This document shows positions 1 through 13,891 of a DNA stretch of 64,000 nucleotides, in pieces. The stretch is from the NCBI GenBank assembly GCA_964016885.1, contig OZ024741.1:220410001-220474000 (forward strand), written 5' to 3'. Origin of the DNA: Eledone cirrhosa. Taxonomy: Eukaryota. Position numbers and translations under genes: made by a program. The notes beneath the pieces were generated by a model. That model did no database searches. It had not been told where the DNA came from and worked only from the letters and a program-made list of their open reading frames with translations. The first letter of the stretch is position 1. Every line of letters begins with the position of its first letter.

Positions 1-460
1 GATAGAATAGTTTGTGATATTAGTTCCAGCTCTCTGCTTTCTGAGTTCAAATCCTGCCGAGGTCGAGGTCAACTTTGCCTTTCATCCGACAAAAAACGAC
101 CAGTCTAGTACTGGATTCTTTTTCTATATAACTTTCTCACATGCATTCTCTCCTTCTCTGGCAGAAATCTGCTATATTCAGACGTAGAGAGAAGCTGGGC
201 ACCGCCATCTTTAAAAAATGCTCTAGAAACGACGTATCTCAAAATGGCGCCCATACAAGTCCTCCAAGAGTTACCGGACCATACATGCAAATAAATTACT
301 AGTCTCAGGTCGTAGATTGGCGATATTGATAAGTACTTTATTTTATCTACCTCGGAAGGATGAAAGGCAAAGTAGTTCTCAACGGGATTTGAACTCAGAA
401 CGTAAAAGGCCATAAGGAATACAACACACCATTTTGTCCGACTCTCTGACGATTCTTCCA
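1..460. mobile_element. Fragments of tRNA-derived SINE family A (+ copy about 1-90, - copy about 330-460)
   Basis: GAGTTCAAATCCTGCCGAGGTC..AACTTTGCCTTTCATCC on + and its reverse complement at 330-460 match the many other copies in the window. Confidence 0.7.
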
Positions 461-569
461 CAAATGGTAATCACTAATTATCAATAATTCAATACAATAG
501 AAAGATTTTACAGCAGCACCAATGGAAACCACCGAAACAGAGCTCTAGGGTGTATCTGATTATGTGTCT

Positions 570-723
570 GTATGTATATATATATATATATATGTTTGTG
601 TGTGTTTGTGTAGATATATATGTATAGATATGTGTGTATATATATATGTATGTATATATATGTACAGGGTTATATGTATATATATGTACAGATATATATT
701 ATATATATATATATATATGTATG

Positions 724-781
<58 letters not shown>

Positions 782-892
782 GATATATTATATATATATT
801 ATATATATATATATGATTTGTTTTGTATTATATATATGTGTGTGTGTGTATGTATATATGTGTATATGTGTGTGTATATATATGTATATGTC
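570..892. repeat. (TA)n/(TG)n microsatellite
   Basis: Seen directly; source of the YIYI ORFs. Confidence 0.95.
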
Positions 893-1054
893 TAATGTCA
901 GCCTCTAATCACATTCACCAGCTCAGACTATATATCTATTGATTTTCCTTCCACCAGACAGCAAAGAAGATATCAAATGACGGCCGGCTTTTTTTTCAGA
1001 TGGATATCATCAATTAATCTTGACCACCAATATCATAATATTATTACATATTAT

Positions 1055-2075
1055 TACACCACCACCACCATATACACCATTCCATCACTGGCCATTACTG
1101 ACCACCACCACCACCACCACCATATACACCATTCCATCACTGACCATTACTGACCACCACCACCACCACCACCATATACACCATTCCATCACTGACCATT
1201 ACTGACCACCACCACCACCACCACCACCATCACCACCATTCCATCATTGCCACTACTGACCACCACCACCATATACACCATTCCATCATTGCCACTACTG
1301 ACCACCACCACCACCACCATTCCATCATTGCCACTACTGACTACCACTACCACCACCACCATATACACCATTCCATCACTGACCATTACTGACCACCACC
1401 ACCACCACCAACACCACCACCACCATTCCATCATTGCTACTACTGACCACCACTACCACCACCACCATATACACCATTCCATTACTGGCCACCACCACCA
1501 CCACCATTCCATCATTGCCACTACTGACCACCACTACCACCACCACCACCACTACAATCACCACATCATCACCACCACCATTCTATCATTGCCACTACTG
1601 ACTACCATATACACCATTCCATCACTGCCACTACTGACCACCACCACCACCACCACATCACCGCCACCAACATTCCATCACTGCCACTACTGACCACCAC
1701 CGCCACCACCACATCACCGCCACCAACATTCTATCACTGCCACTACTGACCACCACCGCCACCACCTCATCCATCATTCCATCCTTGTCACTACCACCAC
1801 CACTACTACTACTACTACCACCTACACCACCACTAACACCAACACCACCACTACCACTACCACCACACTACTACTACCAGCACCGCTACCATACCACCAC
1901 ACCACTTCAACCACCACCACTACCATTACCACCACACCACTACCAGCATCTCAACCACTATCAACACACTACAACTAGCACCACCACCACATCACCACCA
2001 CCGCTACCACCAATACCACCACCACTACTACAACTACCTCCACCACCACTACTACCACCAACACCACCACTACCA
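1055..2075. repeat. (CAC)n-rich minisatellite
   Basis: Reiterated CCATTCCATCATTGCCACTACTGACCACCACC units. Confidence 0.9.
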
Positions 2076-2079
2076 CGAG

Positions 2080-3005
2080 TGGGTGAGAGTGTGAGTGAAT
2101 GAGAGAGAGAGGGAAATGTTTGTGTGAGTGTGTGAGAGAGAGTGTGTGTGAGAGAATATGTATGTAAGAGAGTGTATGTATGTAAGAGAGAGTGTATGTA
2201 TGTAAGAGAGAGAGAGAGTGTGTGTGAGAGAATATGTATGTAAGAGAGAGTGTATGTAAGAGAGTGTGTGCGAGAGAGAGAGTGTATGTATGTAAGAGAG
2301 AGTATGTGTGAGAGAGTGTATGTAAGAGAGAGTGTGTGAGAGAGAGAGTGTATGTAAGAGAGAGAGTATGTGTGAGAGAGTGTATGTAAGAGAGTGTATG
2401 TGTGAGAGAGTGTATGTAAGAGAGTGTATGTGTGAGAATGTGTATGTATGAGAGAGAGTATGTGTGAGAGAGTGTATGATTGAGAGAGTGTATGTAAGAG
2501 AGAGAGAGTGTGTGTGAGAGAGTGTATGTAAGAGAGTGTATGTAAGAGAGTGTATGTGTGAGAATGTGTATGTATGAGAGAGAGTATGTGTGAGAGAGTG
2601 TATGTATGAGAGAGTGTATGTAAGAGAGAGAGAGTGTGTGTGAGAGAGTGTATGTAAGAGAGTGTATGTGTGAGAGAGTGTATGTAAGAGAGTGTATGTA
2701 AGAGAGTGTATGTGTGAGAATGTGTATGTATGAGAGAGAGTATGTGTGAGAGAGTGTATGTATGAGAGAGTGTATGTAAGAGAGAGAGAGTGTATGTAAG
2801 AGAGTGTATGTGTGAGAGAGTGTATGTAAGAGAGTGTATGCGTGAGAGAGTGTATGTAAGAGAGTGTATGTGTGAGAGAGTGTATGTAAGAGAGTGTATG
2901 TGTGAGAGAGTGTATGTAAGAGAGTGTATGCAAGAGAGTGTATGTAAGAGAGTGTGTATGTAAGAGAGAGAGAGTGTGTGTGAGAGAGAATATGTATGTA
3001 AGTGA
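2080..3005. repeat. GAGAGTGTATGT-type minisatellite
   Basis: Tandem GAGAGAGTGTATGTAA and GTGTATGTGT units. Confidence 0.9.
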
Positions 3006-3278
3006 GAGGGGGGCGGGTAACTAGAGAATCTTAATCTCCTTTGCTTCTTTCTTTCCTTCTTTCTCTTCTATTAATCTATTTAAGATGTAGTTCATTATTT
3101 TTTACACGTTTTCCAATCTGTTGCTGTGATTGATTATTTCGATTTTACCTTTGATTTTCACACTTGGGAATTACAAGATCGGAAATGGTGAACAAGATTC
3201 TAGAAAGCGTTAAAAAACATTTTCTTCTAATAAATATTAAATACCATACACACACACTAACACACACGCACACACACG

Positions 3279-3349
<71 letters not shown>

Positions 3350-3563
3350 ACACATACTCACACACATATATACATATATGTGTGTGTGTCTATAGATATA
3401 TGTGTGTGTGTGTCTATAGATATATGTGTGTGTGTATATATATACACATATGTACACACACATAACCACACACATGTATACACACAGACATACACACACA
3501 CATGCACACACATATATATATATGTATATATCAATATTATACCTGCTCAATTCGCTGTCTCTG

Positions 3564-3595
<32 letters not shown>

Positions 3596-3635
3596 GTATA
3601 TATAGTATATATAGTATATATAGTATATATAGATA

Positions 3636-3768
3636 TTTAATATAGAAATGGCTTTTACAAGACTAGAACTGTTTCATTCGTCAAGATATACTAAATATTG
3701 ATTTTTACACACTAGTAATATATTGAGTACTTATTTACTCTGGTTACCCTCGATTTAACACGGGATTC
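3636..3768. mobile_element. Partial copy of short Penelope-derived fold-back family F1
   Basis: AATATAGAAATGGCTTTTACAAGACTAGAACTGTTTCATTC and a TGGTTACCC tail are shared with the copies at 41455, 46662 and 63622. Confidence 0.6.
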
Positions 3769-3772
3769 CCCC

Positions 3773-3846
<74 letters not shown>

Positions 3847-4323
3847 TTTTTGTTTTTAAAATCCAAATTCAATAAACAGACCAGAATTTTTTCATTCTGA
3901 TGATTGAAAGCAAAATTTTTTACTTTTAAGAAACCACTGGTAAATGGAATAATTGCCTTATGTTGTTTATTACATAACTATATATATATATATATATATA
4001 TAAATGAAAATAGAGAAATTAATGTGAGCAAGAAGCCAACAGTAATTCGTAATATAATATATAAGTGACTATAACGTCAAGATGGAAAATATTTAACGTA
4101 AGATATGGGAAAATAATTCAATTTCAATTAAAAAAAAGTCAAGACAGAAATTTTATCCACAGATTTTGTGAAATCTGTGAAAAAACCAATAGAGTTTTAA
4201 CTCAGAATAAAAATATATATATATATATATTTATGTAAAAGGTAAACGGAATTAACAACATAATCGGTACAGTATATAGAAGGTATATATTAGTTTTAAC
4301 GCTTGATATAGCAGGAAGAGGGT

Positions 4324-4357
4324 CTTAACGTTTCGGATGCTAGTCGTTCATCAGAAG
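4324..4357 (-). ncRNA. Minimal type I hammerhead ribozyme motif (degenerate pLTR remnant)
   Basis: Minus strand reads ctt-CTGATGA-a-cga-ctagca-tcc-GAAAC-GTT-aag: intact core, palindromic AACGTT stem III, 3-bp stem I, one mismatch in stem II. Confidence 0.5.
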
Positions 4358-4751
4358 TAAAAATGAGAAATAAGATAGATTGAGGGGACGGGCTGGATGG
4401 AATTGGGAAAAATGCCTTTAGATAAAAATATCAGGTTCATTCATGTTGACATCTCTTGCAAAACTGTTGGTGCTGGCGTTTTGTGTATGATTTGTTTTTT
4501 AGAAAAGTGGATGATGGAGCGCGTCTACCAGAAATGGAGAAAAAACCGTTTTGTGAAAAGAGCTATACTTGTGCACCTGCGTAAGCATGTGTGTGTGTGT
4601 TTGTGTGTGTGTGTGCGTGTGTGTGTGTTATACGTCCGTACTAAGCAATTTTATCGAAATATTTACTATACTAGCAAAGTTGGACTGCTAGATGTTAGAG
4701 CACGGGACAGCAAGAACAAAGAATAGCATTCCAATTACTATATACTAAGCA

Positions 4752-5350
4752 AGGGCGGTGGATTGGCAGTAATCAGTAGGGCGTCGGACAACAAGCTTTG
4801 TGGCAAAGAGTTACATCCCTTTACATACTGAATTCAAATCCCACCGTTTCATCCTTACGGGGTCGATAAAATAATGCACCAGTAATACACTGGGATAATT
4901 GCTGGCCTTGTGCCAAAAGTAGAAACAATTATTAGTGGATTGGCAGTATCGGTAGAGCGTCGAACAACATGTTTTGTGGCATCGAGTTATATCCCTTTAC
5001 CTTCTGAATTCAGATCCCGCCGAAATTAGCTTTGCCTTTCACCCTTACGGTTTCGATAAAATAAAGTACCAGTAATGCACGTGTGTTGATTTAATCGACT
5101 TTGCCGTTCCACCCAAAATTGTTGGCCTTGTGCCTTTAGTAGAAACCATTATATATTAAGTAATTGTTTCTACTTTAGGCACAAGGCAAGCAATTACCCA
5201 GTGCATTACTGGTACTTTATTTTATCGACCTCGTAAGGATGAAAGGCAACGTCAACCTCGGCGGGATTTGAACTCAGATCGTAAAGGGACGTAACTATGC
5301 TGAAAAGCATGGCGTCCGACCCTCTACCGATACTGCCAATCCACCGCCAC
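4752..5350. mobile_element. Cluster of three SINE-A copies (two + at about 4752-5150, one - at about 5160-5350)
   Basis: Head has A-box-like TGGCAGTATCGG and B-box-like GAGTTCAAATCC; body GCCTTTCATCCTTACGGGGTCGATAAAATAAAGTACC resembles the Nin/Deu SINE central domain; tail GTAGAAACAATTAT. Confidence 0.85.
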
Positions 5351-5679
5351 ATTATATATTATATATTAAGTAATATTAGATAATTGTAGTCTTTGTTGTT
5401 ATTGTTGCTATTGTTGTGCTCGTGTTTAGACCTAATAAACAGATCGATGATCAAAGGCTTATTAATCAATACCAATGTTACGTAGAATAATTCTAATAAA
5501 CAACTCGAGGCATATGCAATATTAGGAACACATTATTCCTTTAAAGTATATGCCCCCAGCTGTGTTTAATTCAATTAGTTTACATAACATTATATTAATT
5601 CATATTACTCTAAGTTAATTGTTACTGAAATCTATGATTCTTCTTGACGATGTATTCCTGATGTATTCTGAGATATGCA

Positions 5680-6100
5680 TGCATGGACCTATAACTCCTG
5701 GGGGAGTAGTAGGGGCGCCGTATTGACATACAGGATATCTAAACCTAGCGGAACCCAATCCCCCATGTTTGAATACAGCAGATTTCTTCCTGAGAAGCAT
5801 AGAAAGTGACTGAGAGACTGGAAGTAAGAATGAGATAAAGAGGAAGAATCGACCTCAGTACTAGACTGGTACTTTTTTTTATATCGACCTTGAATGAATG
5901 AAAGGCAGAGTTGACCTCGGCGGGATTTGAACTATGAGTGGAGATAGCCGAAATGAAAACTGAAAAGTATTCTATCTGCCATTCTGACGACTCTGCCAAT
6001 TTACAATATTCTCAGATATAAATAAACATATATTGAGACAACGACTTATTGAGTCATTAGAACGTTTGATAGAAAGATTTGCGGTATTCGTTCCGACTCT
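5680..6100 (-). mobile_element. SINE-A long-tailed variant
   Basis: SINE head and body plus an extra GAAGAAATCTGCTGTATTC..GGCGCCCCTAC..GGAGTTA segment, also at about 39740-40060, 44920-45260 and 57085-57320. Confidence 0.65.
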
Positions 6101-6169
6101 CTTACATATTTTTGTACGCAGTCAGAGCAATATTTTCACTGAACTTTCTTCACAGGCGTTTTTTCCTAA

Positions 6170-9100
6170 TGATTGCCGTTCTGTTGTCTCTACCAACACT
6201 TTTGTTCTGTCTGCCGTTCTGTTGTCTCTACCAATACTTTTGTTATAATGTCTGCCGTTCTGTTGTCTCTACCAACACTTTTGTTCTAATGTCTGCCGTT
6301 CTGTTGTCTCGACAAAATCTTTTGTTCTAATGTCTACCATTCTGTTGTCTCTACCAACACTTTTGTTCTAATGTCTGCCGTTCTGTTGTCTCTACCAACA
6401 CTTTTGTTCTAATGTCTACCGTTCTGTTGTCTCTACCAACACTTTTGTTCTAATGTCTGCCGTTCTGTTGTCTCTACCAACACTTTTGTTGTTCTAATGT
6501 CTGCCGTTCTGTTGTGTCTACCAACACTTTGGTTCTAATTTCTGCCGTTCTGTTGTCTCTACCAACACTTTTGTTCTAATGTCTACCGTTCTGTTGTCTC
6601 TACCAACACTTTTGTTGTTCTAATGTCTGCCGTTCTGTTGTCTCTACCAACACTTTTGTTCTAATGTCTACCGTTCTGTTGTCTCTACCAACACTTTTGT
6701 CGTTCTAATATCTGCCGTTCTGTTGTCTCTACCAACACTTTTGTTGCTCTAATGTCTGCCGTTCTGCTGTCTCTACCAACACTTTTGTTGTTCTAATGTC
6801 TGCCGTTCTGTTGTCTCGACCAAATCTTTTGTTCTAATGTCTGCCGTTCTGTTGTCTCTACCAACACTTTTGTTCTAATGTCTACCGTTCTGTTGTCTCT
6901 ACCAACACTTTTGTTGTTCTGTCTGCCGTTCTATTGTCTCTACCAACACTTTTGTTGTTCTAATGTCTGCCGTTCTGTTGTCTCTACCAACACTTTTGTT
7001 GTTCTAATGTCTGCCGTTCTGTTGTCTCTACCAACACTGTTGTTGTTCTAATGTCTACCGTTCTGTTGTCTCTACCAACACTTTTGTTGTTCTAATGTCT
7101 GCCGTTCTGTTGTCTCTACCAACACTTTTGTTGTTCTAATGTCTGCCGTTCTGTTGTCTCGACCAAATCTTTTGTTCTAATGTCTGCCGTTCTATTGTCT
7201 CTACCAACACTTTTGTTCTAATGTCTACCGTTCTGTTGTCTCTGCCAACACTTTTGTTGCTCTAATGTCTACCATTCTGTTGTCTCTACCAACACTTTTG
7301 TTGTTCTAATGTCTGCCGTTCTGTTGTCTCTACCAACACTTTTGTTATTCTAATGTCTGCCGTTCTGTTGTCTCTACCAACACTTTTGTTGTTCTGTCTG
7401 CCGTTCTGTTGTCTCTACCAACACTTTTGTTGTTCTAATGTCTGCCGTTCTGTTGTCTCTACCAACACTTTTGTTGTTCTAATGTCTGCCGTTCTGTTGT
7501 TTCTACCAACACTTTTGTTGTTCTAATGTCTACCGTTCTGTTGTCTCAACCAACACTTTTGTTGTTCTAATGTCTGCCGTTCTGTTGTCTCTACCAACAC
7601 TTTTGTTGTTCTAATGTCTGCCGTTCTGTTGTCTCTACCAACACTTTTGTTGTTCTAATGTCTACCATTCTGTTGTCTCTACCAACACTTTTGTTGTTCT
7701 AACGTCTGCCGTTCTGTTGTCTCTACCAACACTTATGTTGTTCTAATGTCTGCCGTTCTGTTGTCTCTACCAACACTTTTGTTGCTCTAATATCTGCCGT
7801 TCTGTTGTCTCTACCCACACTTTTGTTGTTCTAATGTCTGCCGTTCTGTTGTCTCTACCAACACTTTTGTTGTTCTAATGTCTGCCGTTCTGTTGTCTCT
7901 ACCAACACTTTTGTTGTTCTAATGTCTGCCGTTCTGTTGTCTCTACCAACACTGTTGTTGTTCTAATGTCTACCGTTCTGTTGTCTCTACCAACACTTTT
8001 GTTGTTCTAATGTCTGCCGTTCTGTTGTCTCTACCAACACTTTTGTTGTTCTAATGTCTGCCGTTCTGTTGTCTCGACCAAATCTTTTGTTCTAATGGCT
8101 GCCGTTCTGTTGTCTCTACCAACACTTTTGTTATTCTAATGTCTGCCGTTCTGTTGTCTCTACCAACACTTTTGTTGTTCTGTCTGCCGTTCTGTTGTCT
8201 CTACCAACACTGTTGTTGTTCTAATGTCTACCGTTCTGTTGTCTCTACCAACACTTTTGTTGTTCTAATGTCTGCCGTTCTGTTGTCTCTACCAACACTT
8301 TTGTTGTTCTAATGTCTGCCGTTCTGTTGTCTCTACCAACACTTTTGTTATTCTAATGTCTGCCGTTCTGTTGTCTCTACCAACACTTTGGTTCTAATGT
8401 CTGCCGTTCTGTTGTCTCTACCAACACTTTTGTTGTTCTAATGTCTGCCGTTCTGTTGTCTCTACCAACACTTTTGTTGTTCTAATGTCTGCCGTTCTGT
8501 TGTCTCTACCAACACTTTTGTTGTTCTAATGTCTACCGTTCTGTTGTCTCAACCAACACTTTTGTTGTTCTAATGTCTGCCGTTCTGTTGTCTCTACCAA
8601 CACTTTTGTTGTTCTAATGTCTGCCGTTCTGTTGTCTCAACCAAATCTTTTGTTCTAATGACTGCCGTTCTGTTGTCTCTACCAACACTTTTGTTGTTCT
8701 AACGTCTGCCGTTCTGTTGTCTCTACCAACACTTATGTTGTTCTAATGTCTGCCGTTGTGTTGTCTCTACCAACACTTTTGCTGCTCTAATATCTGCCGT
8801 TCTGTTGTCTCTACCAACACTTTTGTTGTTCTAATGTCTGCCGTTCTGTTGTCTCTACCAACACTTTTGTTGTTCTAATGTCTGCCGTTCTGTTGTCTCT
8901 ACCAACACTGTTGTTGTTCTAATGTCTACCGTTCTGTTGTCTCTACCAACACTTTTGTTGTTCTAATGTCTGCCGTTCTGTTGTCTCTACCAACACTTTT
9001 GTTGTTCTAATGTCTGCCGTTCTGTTGTCTCGACCAACACTTTTGTTGTTCTAATGTCTGCCGTTCTGTTGTCTCTACCAACACTTTTGTTGTTCTAATG

Positions 9101-9575
9101 TCTGCCGTTCTGTTGTCTCTACCAACACTTTTGTTGCTCTAATGTCTGCCATTCTGTTGTCTCTACCAACACTTTTGTTGTTCTAATGTCTGCCGTTCTG
9201 TTGTCTCTACCAACACTTTTGTTCTAATGTCTACCGTTCTGTCGTCTCTACTAACACGTTTGTTGTTCTAATGTCTGTCGTTCTGTTGTCTCTACCAACA
9301 CTTTTGTTGTTCTAATGTCTGCCGTTCTGTTGTCTCTACCAACACTTTTGTTCTAATGTCTACCGTTCTGTTGTCTCTACCAACACTTTTGTTGTTCTAA
9401 TGTCTGCCGTTCTGTTGTCTCTACCAACACTTTTGTTCTAATGTCTGCCGTTCTGTTGTCTCTACCAACACTTTTGTTCTAATGTCTGCCGTTCTGTTGT
9501 CGCTACCAACACTTTCTTTCTAATGTCTGCCGTTCTGTTGTTTCTACCAAATCTTTTCTTGTTCTTCTAATGTCA
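6170..9575. repeat. Homogeneous 44-bp minisatellite array (41-bp variant), about 3.4 kb
   Basis: Unit TTCTAATGTCTGCCGTTCTGTTGTCTCTACCAACACTTTTGTTG, head-to-tail with no spacers; roughly 75-80 copies by length. Confidence 0.97.
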
Positions 9576-10222
9576 GGCGCTTCAAGTATTTTGTTGTTTG
9601 TTTAATGTTTACTTCTATCTTCTCTTACAAGACGTTTATTGTTTGTCTATCTTTCCAAATTTATTCTCCTTCTAATATTACTGATAGACTTACACTTTCT
9701 CTATCTCAGTTTTCTCTTTGATCATCTTCATTACGTTCTCTTTGATTAACATCTGCTTTATTCTTATCTATTTCATCTCAACATTATTTCCGTCATTTAC
9801 TTTTTAGATCTTTCCAATCATAAATCTTATTGCTATATTGGTCATTCCTAACATCATATTAAGGTGAAAATTTTCTAGTTATTAACTTTGTAAATATCTT
9901 AAAAGTTGTTTGATGTTTTTTTAATAAATTTCTTTAATCTGATTACAAATTCTATTGTTGTTTTCCTGTTTGTCTGTTTCGTTTGAGATTCATGACACAA
10001 ATGTTGACATTGTTCTTCAGATGAAAATGATGTCATACGAATAATTATTGGCTTTTATTTGACGGTTCATCATTCAGTTTTTCATTTCTCGGTTCCCGTC
10101 CCTAATTTCTAAAACCAGAACAGGCTTAGAATTTTTTTTCCACAGTAATTTTTCCTCTTGGTTCTAAATTTGTTTTGTTGAAGCATTCCATATACACACA
10201 AAACCATATATTGCTACTACAC

Positions 10223-10260
<38 letters not shown>

Positions 10261-12490
10261 CAGAGGTAGAACACTGGAAGATGATATCCGTAGTGGTAGA
10301 GCACTCAGTCCCTAGGATGAGTTAGGTAGAATTGGTTACACAACAGTTAGTTCACCATACCGAGAACAATTGTTTCACCTTAGCGGATCCTCAGCTCCTA
10401 ATGGACATAGTTATACGGAACAGGAAGGAGAACCGTACGAACGTGCATGCGCAGAAACGATCACTTCGCACAGGCAATACTAAATTGCGTGCGAGAGGTG
10501 TAAAGGAGATAACTGCGAAAGTCCGAAAGGTTCTGGTTGATAAGAAAATTAGGATGTTGTAATTCAAACCGGAGCTTTGTAGTTATGTAAGAGGTGTTTC
10601 CAGACGTGTGGACAACGTGTGAAGAATTCATTTCTCGTGTTTAGGCAATCACTATTGCGTAATCTCTTTAGAATATTTATTCGTTCATCAATACATAGTC
10701 CACACATCGGATTGCCCCTTGCGTATGGCTTGGACTCAGTGATGGCTTTCCATTGAATGGAGTAGTCTATACTTGTGTCCTTGAGGGACCATACGTGGCT
10801 CGCGAGTTTCGTGGATGAACGTCTGTCCGGGTACCTAAAGGTCGATTGGTGGTTCAGGAAGCGTTCCTTAAATCGGCTCTCCACCATACCCACATAGGAT
10901 TTGACCTCCTGTGGTTGATTTGGTCGGTTGGAAGTGACCACAGTTTCATAAACTACAGCGAGTGTGTTGCATTGCTGTTGAAGGGGACACGCTTCGGGCT
11001 TAAGGCAAGAGCACCCTGGTGGGGTATTGTTCTTAGGGCTGTTGGTGATGTGGGCCTTCATGTTCTTAGCGCAGGAGTATCATAGTTTTACTTTGTGTCA
11101 GTTAAAGATGGAGCGGTATTTATGACCTATGGGAAAGGGTCTATCTAAGAGGGCTAGAAATGTTTTGCCTACATTGGTTTTAACGTTGAGTGAGAAGGGA
11201 GGAGAGAACCAGATAGTGTGTCTATTGTTACGCTTTCTTTTCTTATTGCTGTTGTTGTTAGTGGGAGAGTAAGTGATAGGTTTCGAGAAGCCGCTGTTAG
11301 CTAACGCCGTGTTATAGTAGGGTGCCGCCCTGTCAAAGGTAGCCTTATTATAGGAGAGGTTTGAGATTCTACTACTTATATTATTTACGAAGTTTCTAAA
11401 AACAGTGGGAGGGTGGCACGAGTCCTTGTGAATGTAATTGAGTTTTTCGTTTAGCTTATGGAAGGGTCTGTAGGTGTGTGTGCGAAGGTCTAAATTAATG
11501 TCTAAGAACTATACCCTAGAGAGGTTGATAGCTACTGTTATCCTAAGTCCTAACTCATTGAAGGTAGAAGCTAAGTCTTTTTTAAACCGGTCGAGGTCGT
11601 GACCACTTTTATGGCTCGATAAGGTCAGTCCATCGTCGCGGTATATTCCCCTGTGGAAGTCTGGGAATCTAACACGTAATATGTCTAAAATAAATAGGCC
11701 AACCAAGTCGCATATGTCAGCACTGTCAAACGATCCCATGGAGACGTCGAATAGGTCTGAAGTTGTTGACTTCTTTGCCCAGGCTACTCCGTTGTTGAAG
11801 AGGAGGGTTTTCCGGCAGTGAGCGATGATTTCCCTGTCTAAACCATCGACAGTAGTGTAAGTGGTAGCAAAGTCCAACGCTTTATTTAACAGGGTCTCTG
11901 AGATCGACGCGTAAAAATCGACAATGTCAAACTGGGTGAACTTCGCTTTTTTGGATTTGAAGGAGTTAATCCACTTTATTACGGAGTCGCTGTTCTCCCA
12001 CTGGGACAGGTTGGACTTGGTCCTAATGGTCTTAACTATGTTTCTAAGTATGGCCTTACTGACTAGTCCCATATCTGTGCGTGCCGGGTTTATTAGTCTA
12101 CAGGTGGGGTTAGAAGTAAAGTCTACCTTGTGATCTTTCAAGGTGAGGAACGCCTCCCGCTTAGCTAGAGATTGTAGCTTCTTATCTACCTTAAGGGCGA
12201 CGGAAAGTTCTTTGGCTTCTGTAATAATGTCGTGGTAGGCCATAGAGTTACCTTTCTTATATTTGGAAGTAATAGCGTTATGGGTCAAGTGGCGGAAAGT
12301 GGTGTTGTCGACTTCGTAAATATTATTAGTTTTGACGTGGTTGGCAGTCGGTGGACAGAGTGGGCGGTCCAGTTGGTATATCGGGAATCTGGTTGTGTTA
12401 GATTCCGTAGTCTTGTTGCCGAGGGTCGATATCCATTTTAGTTGGTAGGCGACCCAACCGAAATTCGTTTCTATGTCGAGCCTCAAGAAG
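10261..12490 (-). mobile_element. Penelope-like element, Naiad-like (RT + GIY-YIG), disabled by in-frame stops
   Basis: RT motifs FDIVDFYASI, MGSFDSA and GIYRDDG (11509-12486). The frame continues through a TAG at 11509 and TGAs at 11098 and 11080 into CSC..CPL..C..VVY..YVG..FKERFLNH..CGLC..LNTRNE..CPH (10564-11061). Confidence 0.9.
10362..10397 (-). ncRNA. Type I hammerhead ribozyme in the Naiad-like 3' pLTR
   Basis: gag-CTGAGGA-t-cc-gctaa-gg-t-GAAAC-aatt-GTT-ctc; intact core, palindromic ACAATTGT stem III, GUU triplet. Confidence 0.7.
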
Positions 12491-12615
12491 AGATATTATC
12501 TCGAAATATAAGGATATTCTAATAAATTTAAGGTAAAAGACTAATTGTCAGCGATATCTTTTGCATTTGTATTGATATTCTATATCTACACCTGCATTGT
12601 TCTGGCCTTCTAACG

Positions 12616-12656
<41 letters not shown>

Positions 12657-12677
12657 TAATATATTGTAGTTAATAGA

Positions 12678-12870
12678 TAATTGTTTCTACTTTTGGCACA
12701 AGGCCAGCAATTACCCAGTGTATTACTGGTACTTTATTTTATCGACCCCGTAAGGATGACAGGCAAAGTTAACCCCGGCGGGATTTGAACTCAGAATAGC
12801 AAGGGCCGTAACTCTATGCGTCAAAAGAATGGCGTCCGACCCGCTACCGATACTGCCAATCCTCTGCCTA
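12678..12870 (-). mobile_element. SINE-A, full length
   Basis: Reverse complement of the family consensus from head to tail. Confidence 0.85.
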
Positions 12871-12998
12871 TTGTCGTTAATAGATAATATACACAAGTTA
12901 TGTTAGGGTATAATTATGGAAAACGAGAAGTGATAGAAACTTTTTGCTGCATCACATATTCGATGGTGTTATACATACATACAAACATATATATATAT

Positions 12999-13063
<65 letters not shown>

Positions 13064-13289
13064 ATGTATGTGTGAGCGTGTATATATATATATATTGATC
13101 AGTCACCTGGTTTCTCTAAGACTAGTTGTAAGAAGCAGTCTATAATATTTCCTCTCCTATTTCCATTGTCTTATCCACCACAGCCGTTGGCACAACCACT
13201 GTAATTATACTCCGCCTTATTCGTAGACAGCGTTCTCATATTATCTGCAGACATTCTACATACACACATTTATAACTGTACACACACAC

Positions 13290-13890
<601 letters not shown>

Positions 13891-13891
13891 G

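Noticed and set aside
2070-2933. 287-aa HTLSY repeat ORF
   Set aside because: Minisatellite translation artefact.
6170-9575. CRISPR-like array
   Set aside because: Units are contiguous with no unique spacers, there are no cas genes, and the context is eukaryotic.
11080-11100. Selenocysteine recoding of two in-frame TGAs in the Naiad-like element (Naiads can encode selenoproteins)
   Set aside because: The TGAs fall at apparent Arg and Ser positions (IFN*HKVKL*YSC), the Cys codons are normal, and a TAG also interrupts the frame; this is ordinary decay.
13110-13247. Minus-strand exon candidate (..GCANGCGG)
   Set aside because: All three frames hit stop codons before the putative donor.
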